From positions 288,001 to 352,000 of the forward strand of contig CAWGLD010000001.1 of NCBI GenBank assembly GCA_963823335.1: 64,000 nucleotides of DNA. The letters are read 5' to 3'. Shown one piece after another: positions 49,369 to 58,463 of this stretch. The position numbers and the translations under genes were made by a program. Source of the DNA: an uncultured delta proteobacterium. Its GTDB lineage: Bacteria; Desulfobacterota; Desulfobacteria; Desulfobacterales; B30-G6. Each line of letters begins with the position of its first letter. Within the stretch, counting starts at the first letter, position 1. Under the pieces are notes generated by a model that did no database searches, was not told the DNA's origin, and worked only from the letters and a program-made list of their open reading frames with translations.

Positions 49369-50322
49369 ATGGAGAAAAATGATTTGAAAGCATCGTCCGG
49401 GGCCTCCCCTTCACGCCGGAGTCGATGGCTCCGCACGTTAAATGTAACCGATGCGCCGGCCCATACGGACGCCCCCCATTGCGGATCCATCGGGCATGTT
49501 CTGCCGTTTCCAGAAAGTTGTCGTTTGGCGGACAAATTTGGATATGATGCCGTCAATGCCGATCGTTTCTTTTTAAAAGAACACGGCCCCATTCAGGCAG
49601 CCACCCTGCTGAAGCGACACAATATAAAGCCTGGCGCCTTTGCTTTTTCGGCGGCATTCAATGCCTGCTATTCCGACTCGGATTTCGAGCAAAGCCTTAC
49701 AGAATTCGAGCAGGATGTATCCTTGTGCAGAGAGGCGGGTTTCACGTACTGCGTGGGGTATGTGCAGCCCTCATCCCACACACTGGACTATTACGATCAC
49801 TTCGCACTTTTGTCTGGGCGTTTGAAACGCATAAAACCCCTGCTGGAAACATATGATGTGCGTCTAGGCCTGGAATTTATCGGTCCCACCACCATGCGCA
49901 TACGTCGAAAATTCGATTTCATACACACCATGGACGGCATCAGGAGTCTCATCGCCGCCGCCAACGCGCAGAACTGCGTGGGTTTCAAACTGGATACCCT
50001 GCATTGGTATACCAGTGGTGCAGGATTATTGGACATTGAAAAGCTTTCTGCCGAGGAAGTTGTTTATGTGGAGCTCAATGACGGTCTGAAGGGGGATTAC
50101 GACCGGTTCACATTACCCGAGTTTCAACGGGAATTGCCGGGAGCTGTCGGCACCATCGATATAGCCGGAATGCTCAGAAAACTCGATGCTATAGGCTTTG
50201 ATGGGCCGGTGGTTGTGGAACCATGGAATGCGCTGCTTCGTGAAATGAGCCCTGAGGAAGCCGTTGAGAAAGTAAAGCTTGCCTTGGATCTCAGTTTAAA
50301 TAAGGCCGGGATTGACGTCTGA
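49369..50322 (+). CDS. sugar phosphate isomerase/epimerase (xylose-isomerase-like TIM barrel)
   Basis: LGLEFIGP, LDTLHW, VELND, RELPG and VEPWN. Confidence 0.85.
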   Translation: MEKNDLKASSGASPSRRSRWLRTLNVTDAPAHTDAPHCGSIGHVLPFPESCRLADKFGYDAVNADRFFLKEHGPIQAATLLKRHNIKPGAFAFSAAFNACYSDSDFEQSLTEFEQDVSLCREAGFTYCVGYVQPSSHTLDYYDHFALLSGRLKRIKPLLETYDVRLGLEFIGPTTMRIRRKFDFIHTMDGIRSLIAAANAQNCVGFKLDTLHWYTSGAGLLDIEKLSAEEVVYVELNDGLKGDYDRFTLPEFQRELPGAVGTIDIAGMLRKLDAIGFDGPVVVEPWNALLREMSPEEAVEKVKLALDLSLNKAGIDV

Positions 50323-50419
50323 CGGCCTAACATACCAAGACGTTTAAACGGATTGCCGGCTCTTTTACACTCCTTAAGGCTTGTCCAGACTATCTCAATT
50401 ATCTTACCTGTTGTCGTAA

Positions 50420-51886
50420 TCACTCAGTCCGAATCGGTTTTTTACGCTGGAGCGTAAGTATCGTGATATCATCTTCCTGGGGAGCTTTGCCGATATGTTC
50501 AAAAACCTCCGTTGCGATCCTTTGAATGAGTTCTGGTGCGTCGGCTGCGGGCCGGGATAATAATGAGAAAAGGCGCCTCTTGGTAAATCGTTCTTCATCT
50601 GGAGATCGAGCGTCAATCACGCCATCTGTATAAGCAAACAAAATTTCGCCTGGCAGTAACTGGACTTCTTGGTATGCGAATTTTGCCTGAGGTATGGCAC
50701 CGACTGCCGGTCCGGTGGGCAATAACCGTTTGCGTACGCCCTTTTGATCAATCACGGACACGGCTTCATGACCGCCGTTAATGTAAAACAGTTTGCCACT
50801 TTCTGGATCTAAAACACCGAAAAAAAGCGTAGCAAACATGCACATATCATTGTCCTGAGCTATGTAATCATTGGTGAGAGAAACTGCAATTAGAGGATTG
50901 GTCTGCCCAAAGTCAACTTTTTCCTGTTTTTTTATTATGTCTCCCACTCTTTTTGGACTCATACCCTTGAATGATTCGCACAGGTTCTTGCACAGGTGCG
51001 TTTGCCCGGAAAAGATCCGGATCAGGCTGCGAAATAGAGCCATGAAAAGCGCTGATCCCACGCCTTTATCACACACATCACCGATGACCAGCCCAGTGTA
51101 GCCGCCCGGCAACATGAATGCATCGTAAAAGTCGCCGGAGACACGCTTGGCCGGGAAAAAAAACTCCTCAATGTCCCAATCGGGCAGAAGCGGCAATTGC
51201 CGGGGTAAAAAGTTCATTTGGATTTGACGACATTTTTCCATCTCCAGGTCGAGCTCCCGGGAATAGGCTTCGATTTTTTGATTGGCTTTTCCCAAGGACT
51301 TGAGTGAATTGTTCAGATTGGTGAAGAGACAGGTGTTTTCTATAACCATGGCCATCTGGGTTGCGATGACCCGCATCAACTCGACAATTTCCCTTGTAAA
51401 ATGGCAGGGTCTGGAGTGCTTTAGCGTTAGAATTCCCAGAAGCACTTCACCGGTGATGATGGGCAGGGATAGAGCCGAGCGATCACCATAGGGTTTATCC
51501 GTGGAGATTAGCCAGCGATCATCCGTCTGGGTGTCATCCACCAAGCCAATCTTGCGATGATGCCTGACCCAACCGGCAAGGCCTTTATTAAATGCAGATT
51601 CGATACGCACCGGCTTTGGCTGAGATGAAACATCTCCCCTGGAAAATATGATATCGCTGACACCACCGTCACTGTCGAGTAAGATCAGGCTGCCGTGGTG
51701 TGCGCCGGATAGTCTGATTGAGATATCAATCGTTTTGCGCAGCATGTCGTTTATTGCGGCGGGTTCATCCGGAGACCGCGCCATTGAAATAAAGCGTTCA
51801 AACAACTCAGACTGAGCTTTGAAGGCCTCACCCAATTCGTCCGCACTGAGAATGCTGCTCAGTTTTTCTTCTGCCATGCTCTCCAT
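50420..51886 (-). CDS. GAF plus PP2C/SpoIIE protein phosphatase
   Basis: VSGDFYD, IGDVCDKG, NGGH, YTDGV and EDDIT. Confidence 0.92.
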   Translation of the reverse strand: MESMAEEKLSSILSADELGEAFKAQSELFERFISMARSPDEPAAINDMLRKTIDISIRLSGAHHGSLILLDSDGGVSDIIFSRGDVSSQPKPVRIESAFNKGLAGWVRHHRKIGLVDDTQTDDRWLISTDKPYGDRSALSLPIITGEVLLGILTLKHSRPCHFTREIVELMRVIATQMAMVIENTCLFTNLNNSLKSLGKANQKIEAYSRELDLEMEKCRQIQMNFLPRQLPLLPDWDIEEFFFPAKRVSGDFYDAFMLPGGYTGLVIGDVCDKGVGSALFMALFRSLIRIFSGQTHLCKNLCESFKGMSPKRVGDIIKKQEKVDFGQTNPLIAVSLTNDYIAQDNDMCMFATLFFGVLDPESGKLFYINGGHEAVSVIDQKGVRKRLLPTGPAVGAIPQAKFAYQEVQLLPGEILFAYTDGVIDARSPDEERFTKRRLFSLLSRPAADAPELIQRIATEVFEHIGKAPQEDDITILTLQRKKPIRTE

Positions 51887-51987
51887 TGTGGCGTCCTCAT
51901 GTGTTAAAATGCTATTTGACTTAAGTTAAAAGTTATAAATAAGGTGTTACAAAGAGAAATAATCGCCGCAGAAAGCATGAAAACATA

Positions 51988-52719
51988 TCAATTGTCATCA
52001 AAACGTTCTTCTTTCCAAGGATCGGCAGTGTTGCTGTACCCGTTGCTTTCATAATACCCGGGCTCATCCGTAACGGTGAATTTGATTCGCCGGACCCATT
52101 TTACACTTTTGTAGAAATATCGATCCGGTACCAACACACGCAGTGGAGCCCCATTCGCCTGGGGAAGTTTTTTATCGAACAAACTATGGGCCAGCAATAC
52201 ATTGTTTTTACCGGCCTCATGAATGGAGATGTTGCTTGAATACTTGCCGGGTGCCTCGAAGATGACAAAACCAGCCGTGTTTTTAACCTTGACCAGCTCC
52301 ATAATATATTTCATGGAAATACCATGCCAGCGCGAATCAAGCAGCGTCCAGCCGGTTACACAATGCACATCACACGTTTGCGCAATCTGTTCTAATCTCA
52401 TCAGATCCGCAATCTTCAAAATCAATGGATTTTCAACTTCACCATCGATTTTCAAACTCCATTCAGAGACGTCGCCGTCGCTCTGACGTCCACCCATGTC
52501 TGGCAAGGCTTTTACGGCATGCTGACCAGGGGGAATTCGCAGTTGTCCGTCCGATCTCAGCTCCGCCGCCATGGCTTGATTGTCTGAATCCGTCAATTTA
52601 CAAAAGACACCTGGCAAGCCGATGAATACAATGGTTCCACCGGCCGCCGCCATAAAGTCTCTTCGGGTTATTTTACGGGGCATTTTCCTACCAAACCCCA
52701 TTTTTGCCTTCATGTCCAT
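51988..52719 (-). CDS. Tat-exported sulfite-oxidase-family molybdopterin oxidoreductase
   Basis: TRRDFM Tat motif; PPGQ, DVHCVTGW, GAPLR, KSVKWV and GYYE..GY. Confidence 0.88.
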   Translation of the reverse strand: MDMKAKMGFGRKMPRKITRRDFMAAAGGTIVFIGLPGVFCKLTDSDNQAMAAELRSDGQLRIPPGQHAVKALPDMGGRQSDGDVSEWSLKIDGEVENPLILKIADLMRLEQIAQTCDVHCVTGWTLLDSRWHGISMKYIMELVKVKNTAGFVIFEAPGKYSSNISIHEAGKNNVLLAHSLFDKKLPQANGAPLRVLVPDRYFYKSVKWVRRIKFTVTDEPGYYESNGYSNTADPWKEERFDDN

Positions 52720-53015
52720 GATATTTACTCCTTTTCCATTACAAATCCCGTTCAGCTTTTATAATAGTTGATGGTTTTTCAGAGTTCGAGAATATCGGAA
52801 ATTAAGGATGGGTCGCGTTTTATACCGCTTGTCATAATAATGTTCCGAAAATAGGATGGCGGCATAAGAGGTTGTAGCAGAAAAAAGGTCCTCAATCGGA
52901 ACGTTTTTCTGACAACCCCTATATAAAAAAAAAGAAAAGATTATAGCATACCCTGAATAAACGACCACCCGTGAAACGGGTGGCTTTCATTTTTCCGCAA
53001 AGCGGAGAAAGATCC

Positions 53016-53085
53016 GGAGACGGCACGTCTCCGGACGTTTTGTTTCGGAACCGCGTGCTTAGCACGCGGTTTGTAGAACAATCAA
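53016..53085. repeat. 70-bp hairpin-rich direct repeat, copy 1
   Basis: GGAGACG-GCA-CGTCTCC and AACCGCGTGC-TTA-GCACGCGGTT followed by TGTAGAACAATCAA; second copy at 55641-55710. Confidence 0.85.
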
Positions 53086-53218
53086 GCTGGGAGGAATATT
53101 CTGCCGTGCGGTAGTGCTTCGCAGCGACCGTATGGGATTCTATTTAATATAGATTCGCTTGCATTCTCCTTGGCTAGTCGCGGAAAATGCAAGCGCTGTA
53201 GTTCAGGTAATTATCGCA

Positions 53219-53875
53219 TCAGACAACTGATTTCTGCTTGGCTTTTTCCCAGTCTTCCAGTTCAACACCTTCTTCCACGTCTTCCCAGCCACTGATCATG
53301 GCTTTGGTGTGAGCGAGTATGGTATGTCCGGTGGTGGTCATGTAGACATGTACGATAATGAATGAAAAAACGGCAAAGGCGCCTGCCATGTGAACCCAGG
53401 CTACAAGGGTGAGAGAAATACCTGCAATACCCCAGTTGGCCCAGGAGTTGTAACCCCAGTAGAGAAAACCGGTAATCATCATTACCGGGAGAAGAAGCGC
53501 CGCCAGGTTCAGATAGACCAGACGTTGAAGGGGGTTGTGTTTGGCCTCTTTTCGTTTGGGAAACGGGTGGGACTCCCCTCGAAAAATACCATAGGCATAG
53601 TAGCGGATCACTTCAATCATTTTCTGGGTTGTGGGGATGTATTGTTTCCATTCACCGGTTGTGAACACCCAGAAGACAAAGAATGCAAAGGCAATAAGCC
53701 AGGTGAGGCCAGTAAAGTTGTGTACCTTGACGGCTGTGTGGAATCCCAGCCAGGTATACACACCATGCACCTCCAGTCCGCTTACAAGAAGAATGAGAAT
53801 CAGCGCCATCTGAAGCCAGTGCCAGAAACGTTCATAGCGTGTATAAAGATAAATATTTCTCATCTTGCCTTCCAT
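53219..53875 (-). CDS. cytochrome b (Ni-hydrogenase/PhsC-like di-heme membrane subunit)
   Basis: ERFWHW, VKVHN, HNPLQRL, WVH and IVHVYM; start at ATG 53875 after AAGGAG. Confidence 0.88.
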   Translation of the reverse strand: MEGKMRNIYLYTRYERFWHWLQMALILILLVSGLEVHGVYTWLGFHTAVKVHNFTGLTWLIAFAFFVFWVFTTGEWKQYIPTTQKMIEVIRYYAYGIFRGESHPFPKRKEAKHNPLQRLVYLNLAALLLPVMMITGFLYWGYNSWANWGIAGISLTLVAWVHMAGAFAVFSFIIVHVYMTTTGHTILAHTKAMISGWEDVEEGVELEDWEKAKQKSVV

Positions 53876-53891
53876 GATTGACTCTCTCCTT

Positions 53892-55526
53892 CTATTTTTT
53901 GTTATTTCCGTTGGTGAATATCCGGCCGATGCCGTGCAGGGAAACCCCCACAAGCGATCCCAGAATCACAAGCCAGCCCAAGGTATCCAGCAAGCCTGCG
54001 CTGTCGCGGCCCGGCATATAAAAGCCGGCCAGGTTCGCCATCCTGCCCTCATCACGCGTGTGACACTCGCTGCACACCACCACATTCTCTTTGGGGGCAA
54101 CCATGTGCGTGGTAGGATAGACAAAGGTCGTTTTAACAAAATCAAATTCGCCTGAGAACGGTATATCGAGGGATTTGGCACCATTCGAAAGGGCAACCTG
54201 CCAGTCGAGGGTGCTCCAGTAACCTTTGGGTCCCGACAGCAAGGGCGTCAACAGCGTCTTGTGCACCTTGTCGTAGGGCTGAACCCCCTCGTGGACCTTG
54301 AAAGGATAAATACGCGAGTTTTCATCGTTCCGGTCACCCAGTGGATGACTGAGTGCCACAACCCCGGATGGATCAATCGTATCCACTGCCGTGAGAGATT
54401 CAATGGAACCATTGAACCAGAAATATTGCGGTTTCAGATTTTTCTCCCACTTCATATTTCCTTTGATGGAAAGATAGTCTTCCTTCCCGTAGGCTCCCTT
54501 GGTTTTATAGGGTTTGCCGTCTTTGGTTTTCCCGGAAGTAGACCAGTCCCAGGACATTTTTGTCGGATTGACGCGCGCAAATGTCGGGATGTGGCAACTC
54601 TGGCAGGCGACCTTGTCCGTGTGGTCGTTGGCCTTGGATCCGGTCTTATGGGGCGTACTGCTGTGGCAGGATTCGCAGGTGATCTTGGACATCAGGTCAT
54701 CTTCGATCAGGCTTTTGCGATGTGTATAAGCCGGCGTCGTGTACATCCTGCCCGAAATGTTGTGCTGACTTGTGGTGTGGCAGCGGACACAATCGAAATT
54801 CTGACCATCGGTCCCCATATGGACGTCCAGCGCCTTGTTAGGTTTGGTCATGGACGAGTCGAGGTCACCATGCTTTACACCGTCACCACCACCGCCGTAG
54901 AAATGACAGGAGCCGCAGTTCTTCCGGGTAGGAAGGCCCACACTCTGAACGGCCAGCTTAATTTCGGATTGAATCTCATTGGCCAGCTCTTTCATTTCCG
55001 GATCTTCCTCTGACTCTTTCAGGAAGGCATTGAAATCCTCGAATGATTCATCCCAGTTAATTTCTTTGGAGCCATGGCAGACCAGGCAATTGGTGGCTTT
55101 GGTTTCATTGCCCCAGCCAGGATGACAGGAAAGACACCCCTTGTCTTGCCCGTTGTTAGCTGAAATACAGAAATTGTTCAGTGAATAAGCAGATTTCCCC
55201 ATCTGAACACCTTTTTCATTCGTGCCTGCCTTCCATGTCCAGTGGATGGTTTGATGAAATTGTGCTTCCGCCTCGGAATGACAGGAAATACAGGCAGCTG
55301 TCACCTGAGACCCTGACGTAAACGTCTGTTTTAACACCTCGTGCTTGGCGTGATCAGTCGTATTCCAGTGTTCGGCAATTTTGGCAGCCTGCTGCGCCAT
55401 GGTGCGGCCGGGTGCCTGATCTGCCGTTTCCTGAGCTGCCCAAGTTACGGATATCAAGCCTAAAAGAACCCAAACCGGTAGGAGAATAAAAAGAACGCCA
55501 GTGATTGGAGCGTTTGATGATTTCAT
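53892..55526 (-). CDS. otr: octaheme tetrathionate-reductase-family c-type cytochrome with C-terminal membrane anchor
   Basis: Eight CxxCH motifs (CISCH, CLSCH, CLVCH, CGSCH, CVRCH, CESCH, CQSCH, CSECH); HWTW, NNFC and GGGGDGVKHGDLD. Confidence 0.88.
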   Translation of the reverse strand: MKSSNAPITGVLFILLPVWVLLGLISVTWAAQETADQAPGRTMAQQAAKIAEHWNTTDHAKHEVLKQTFTSGSQVTAACISCHSEAEAQFHQTIHWTWKAGTNEKGVQMGKSAYSLNNFCISANNGQDKGCLSCHPGWGNETKATNCLVCHGSKEINWDESFEDFNAFLKESEEDPEMKELANEIQSEIKLAVQSVGLPTRKNCGSCHFYGGGGDGVKHGDLDSSMTKPNKALDVHMGTDGQNFDCVRCHTTSQHNISGRMYTTPAYTHRKSLIEDDLMSKITCESCHSSTPHKTGSKANDHTDKVACQSCHIPTFARVNPTKMSWDWSTSGKTKDGKPYKTKGAYGKEDYLSIKGNMKWEKNLKPQYFWFNGSIESLTAVDTIDPSGVVALSHPLGDRNDENSRIYPFKVHEGVQPYDKVHKTLLTPLLSGPKGYWSTLDWQVALSNGAKSLDIPFSGEFDFVKTTFVYPTTHMVAPKENVVVCSECHTRDEGRMANLAGFYMPGRDSAGLLDTLGWLVILGSLVGVSLHGIGRIFTNGNNKK

Positions 55527-55640
55527 ACAAAATTTCCCTTCGTTTCCATAGACCCTGCCGGGTCGGAAAGGGGCAACAGACTATAAGCTGTCTCAAAAAT
55601 GGCTTATAGTGTTGCCCCCTTATGGGTCTTAGCAGTCAAA

Positions 55641-55710
55641 GGAGACTGCACGTCTCCGTAAGTTCAGGTTCGGAACCGCGTGCCAAGCACGCGGTTTGTA
55701 GAACAATCAA
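55641..55710. repeat. 70-bp hairpin-rich direct repeat, copy 2
   Basis: Same length and hairpins as 53016-53085. Confidence 0.85.
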
Positions 55711-55721
55711 CGGGCCCTAAA

Positions 55722-56849
55722 TCAAGAGGCAGGTTTCTTGATGGTATATGAACCGTCTTTATTAAAGGTGGCTTCGGCTTCAAGATAGAAGACGTTTTTC
55801 AATTCCGGTCTGACATCCTGAACCATGTAATAAGCCTCACCGCTTCTGGCACCCGTTGAACAGACAAAAACCACGGGTTTGTCCGAAGGCAAAGAACTGA
55901 TCTTACCCTCGAGCTCATCTGTTGGAATATTGACAGCCGTTTTGAAACTTCCGGCAGCAAACTCATCAGGGTCGCGAACATCGATCAACATGATGCTTGC
56001 AGGGTTTTCCATGATAATTTTTTCAAAGGCAGCGATATCGATGGTACCCTCTTCTGCACCGGCTGTTACCTTGACCGGCTCTGCTGCTGCCATTTCCTCT
56101 TTCCATGCCGGGTATCCCGCGGCAAATACCATTACATCTTTGTAGCCCAGCTGAACCGCCTTCCTGGCGGAATTATGACTCAGCTTTCAGGTGTAGCCTT
56201 CGCAGTAGAAAACCAGAGGTTTACTTTTGTCAGCGGGCAGGTCACCTGTCATCTCATCGAACTTGCTGTCCGGCAGGCTGATGGCGCCTGGAATGTGGCC
56301 TTTGTCATACTTGGGGCGTTTGGGGCGTGAATCGATAATCGCAACATCGGCGCTGGTCTCCACCAGTTTTTTTACGACACTGGTCTCGACAGCATAGTAG
56401 TTGCCGGGGGTGCTTTTCCATTTCGGGAATCCGTCTTCGAATACCTTGACGTTCTTGTAACCGAGTTTTTCTGCCTTCCAGGCAGATTTGTGACTCAGTT
56501 TTCAAGTGGGGCCTTCGCAATAAAAAATAAGCAGAGCTTCCTTGTTCTCCGGCAGACTGCTCAGCATGCTTTCGAACTTGCTGTCCGGGATGCTGACGGC
56601 TGAAGGAATGTACCCCTTGTCATATTTCGGACGTTTGGGCCGTGAATCGATGATCATCGTGTCGGCAGGTACCGGCACCATGGCATACTGTTGAACAAAT
56701 GCCACATCAACGATGTCGTGAAATTTCCAGGAAGTGTCTTCCACGGCGCTTGCGGCTTCTGGCGCTTTGGGTGCAGAGGCGCAACCAAAAGTCACCAGCA
56801 GCAGCGCTGCAAGGATGGACACCACCAACAAACTTTTTCTTACTGACAT
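55722..56849 (-). CDS. triple-rhodanese lipoprotein with two predicted selenocysteines (U116, U221); 375 aa
   Basis: One continuous frame through TGA at 56502-56504 (FYCEGPT-U-KLSHKSA) and 56187-56189 (FYCEGYT-U-KLSHNSA); lipobox TFGC; a hairpin follows each TGA. Confidence 0.9.
56156..56170 (-). promoter_or_regulatory. SECIS-like hairpin for U221
   Basis: CCGCC-AGGAA-GGCGG; 21 nt separate the UGA from the loop. Confidence 0.65.
56470..56486 (-). promoter_or_regulatory. SECIS-like hairpin for U116
   Basis: TCTGCC-TGGAA-GGCAGA; 21 nt separate the UGA from the loop. Confidence 0.7.
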
Positions 56850-56878
56850 GTGAAACCTCCTTTAATTATTTTGTGTCT

Positions 56879-57009
56879 ATCCAGAAATAGGGATTTTCGC
56901 GTTCTGACAAGGCGGGCGTCAGATTTAACCCGGAGGAATAGCAAGCTATTTTGAGGAGTTAAATCATGGTGCCCAACACCGGCAGGGCGTGAAAAGACCA
57001 TTTGTGGAT
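56879..57009. repeat. nested palindromic intergenic element
   Basis: GATTTAAC (56922-56929) pairs with GTTAAATC (56958-56965); inner AATAGC-AA-GCTATT; imperfect outer arms. Confidence 0.55.
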
Positions 57010-57013
57010 GGCA

Positions 57014-57358
57014 CTATTTACATTTTGCAGGTGTAGGTGAATCAGAACCATGTTCATAGAGATAGGTAAAAATATCCACCAGATCCGTATCGCTGACACT
57101 GCTCCACTCCTCTTGACAACCAAATTCAGCAAATTCCTTATTGTCGAAAATCGCCATCCACTCAGCCTGGGTGTGAGCATCAGGATTAACGGTCGGTTTG
57201 GGGGAAGTCACCTCACCTCTTTCCATACAGGTTTTGTACAGCTTCCGGTAGGTGTATTTTCCTTTACGTTTATTGCCCATTTCCATGGCCAGCCCTGTGC
57301 CCACAAAGCACACAGACACCAGGATGGCCACTGCAGTCGATACAATTTTCTTTTTCAT
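57014..57358 (-). CDS. secreted cytochrome-c-like small protein lacking a canonical CxxCH
   Basis: Signal peptide; GNKRKGKYTYRKLYKTCME, TQAEW and H.SDSP.PAKC; AGGAGG RBS. Confidence 0.65.
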   Translation of the reverse strand: MKKKIVSTAVAILVSVCFVGTGLAMEMGNKRKGKYTYRKLYKTCMERGEVTSPKPTVNPDAHTQAEWMAIFDNKEFAEFGCQEEWSSVSDTDLVDIFTYLYEHGSDSPTPAKCK

Positions 57359-57432
57359 CCGATTACCTCCTAATTATTCAGCAATACAATGTTAAAATAT
57401 GAACGATTGGCTTTTTTTATCACATGAGTAAA

Positions 57433-57449
57433 AGCAATCTGTATGCCAG
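57433..57449 (-). promoter_or_regulatory. sigma-54 -24/-12 promoter of the cytochrome-like/rhodanese/otr/cytb operon
   Basis: CTGGCATACAGATTGCT, a near-perfect TGGCAC-N5-TTGC, 75 bp upstream of ATG 57358. Confidence 0.85.
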
Positions 57450-57547
57450 TTAGACAAAAAATTAAATTAATTATAATTTACTGTAATCAATATATTTTTT
57501 AATCTGTAAAACCTACAGGTTTATAAGAGTTGCTTATCAATTAACAC

Positions 57548-57570
57548 TTGTTAACCATAGCTGTTAACAA
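57548..57570. promoter_or_regulatory. candidate enhancer (activator-binding palindrome)
   Basis: TTGTTAAC-N7-GTTAACAA about 100 bp upstream of the -24 box; IHF-like AATCAATATATTT at 57485-57497 lies in between. Confidence 0.6.
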
Positions 57571-57630
57571 TTTCACCCGTAGCCTTATGGCTGGTCCAGG
57601 CGACAAATGGTGGCTTCTCCTTCGGACGGG

Positions 57631-57942
57631 TTAGAAAACAACATACCGATAGCAATCCTTTAACATAAACGACAGTGCCTGGGCCGGAACGACAGCCACA
57701 TCACGCCGACGATGATCGAAATGTTTTTCAGCATCCTGCTTTGCGGTGAACGGACACAGGGTCATCCGGACCAGACGGCTCAGGCGCGTACATGCGTCGG
57801 TCTTAATGAACTCACACCCCGATCCCAGCAGATGAATCCAGACCTGTTTCTCCTGTGCCAGGGCGGCATCAGCCAGTTTTTCAACAAAGCCAAAATACCT
57901 GTTCGAGTTGACGATAATACCCAGCCTGTTTTCTGCACGCAT
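57631..57942 (-). CDS. DsrE-like protein
   Basis: LGIIV...LADAA...V.IHLLGSG...TLC; start taken at ATG 57942. Confidence 0.65.
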   Translation of the reverse strand: MRAENRLGIIVNSNRYFGFVEKLADAALAQEKQVWIHLLGSGCEFIKTDACTRLSRLVRMTLCPFTAKQDAEKHFDHRRRDVAVVPAQALSFMLKDCYRYVVF

Positions 57943-57947
57943 CAGGT

Positions 57948-58139
57948 TCACCACCAACAAATGACCCGCTCATAAACAAAAATATCCTTCACCAGGCGCG
58001 ACCAGTCGACCGCGGTGCCGGAGACCTCGTCCTGATAAAGACTCACCACAGCGATTTCATCCTCGCCAGCCGAGGCTTCGATCAGCCTTGCAACACTTTC
58101 ATCCGGCTTGCATTTTAGAATGTGCAACACCTTTGTCAT
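57948..58139 (-). CDS. small DsrH/TusB-like protein
   Basis: KVLHILK...VDWSRLVKDIF...VICWW. Confidence 0.6.
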   Translation of the reverse strand: MTKVLHILKCKPDESVARLIEASAGEDEIAVVSLYQDEVSGTAVDWSRLVKDIFVYERVICWW

Positions 58140-58204
58140 CGTGACACCGTCGTACTCCAAAAAACCGTTGTTGTGTTCTTATCGGTCCTGTTCTTTTGTA
58201 TGAA

Positions 58205-58278
58205 TTGAAGAACCTCGCAGCATGCAAAGCACTGCTGCTGGCAGAACCCACGGGGAATGCACTCGCTGGTGCGGTTCA
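58205..58278. repeat. structured dispersed repeat, copy 3 of 3
   Basis: TTGAAGAACCTCGCAGCATGCAAAGCACTGCTGCTGGCAGAACCCACGGGGAATGCACTCGCTGGTGCGGTTCA. Confidence 0.85.
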
Positions 58279-58463
58279 TCCATGTTAACCTTAAATTTCT
58301 CTTTCTCTACAACAGCAATGTTCATACCAAATTTGTATAAAACATGTATCAATTTGATTTTATACATATAAATAATTTTCTATGCTCGCTTGCTTTTTTA
58401 TAGAGCCTGAACTATATTTACATTTGTTAACTTTTTCGGATTAGATTAACATCGGGAGTACCC

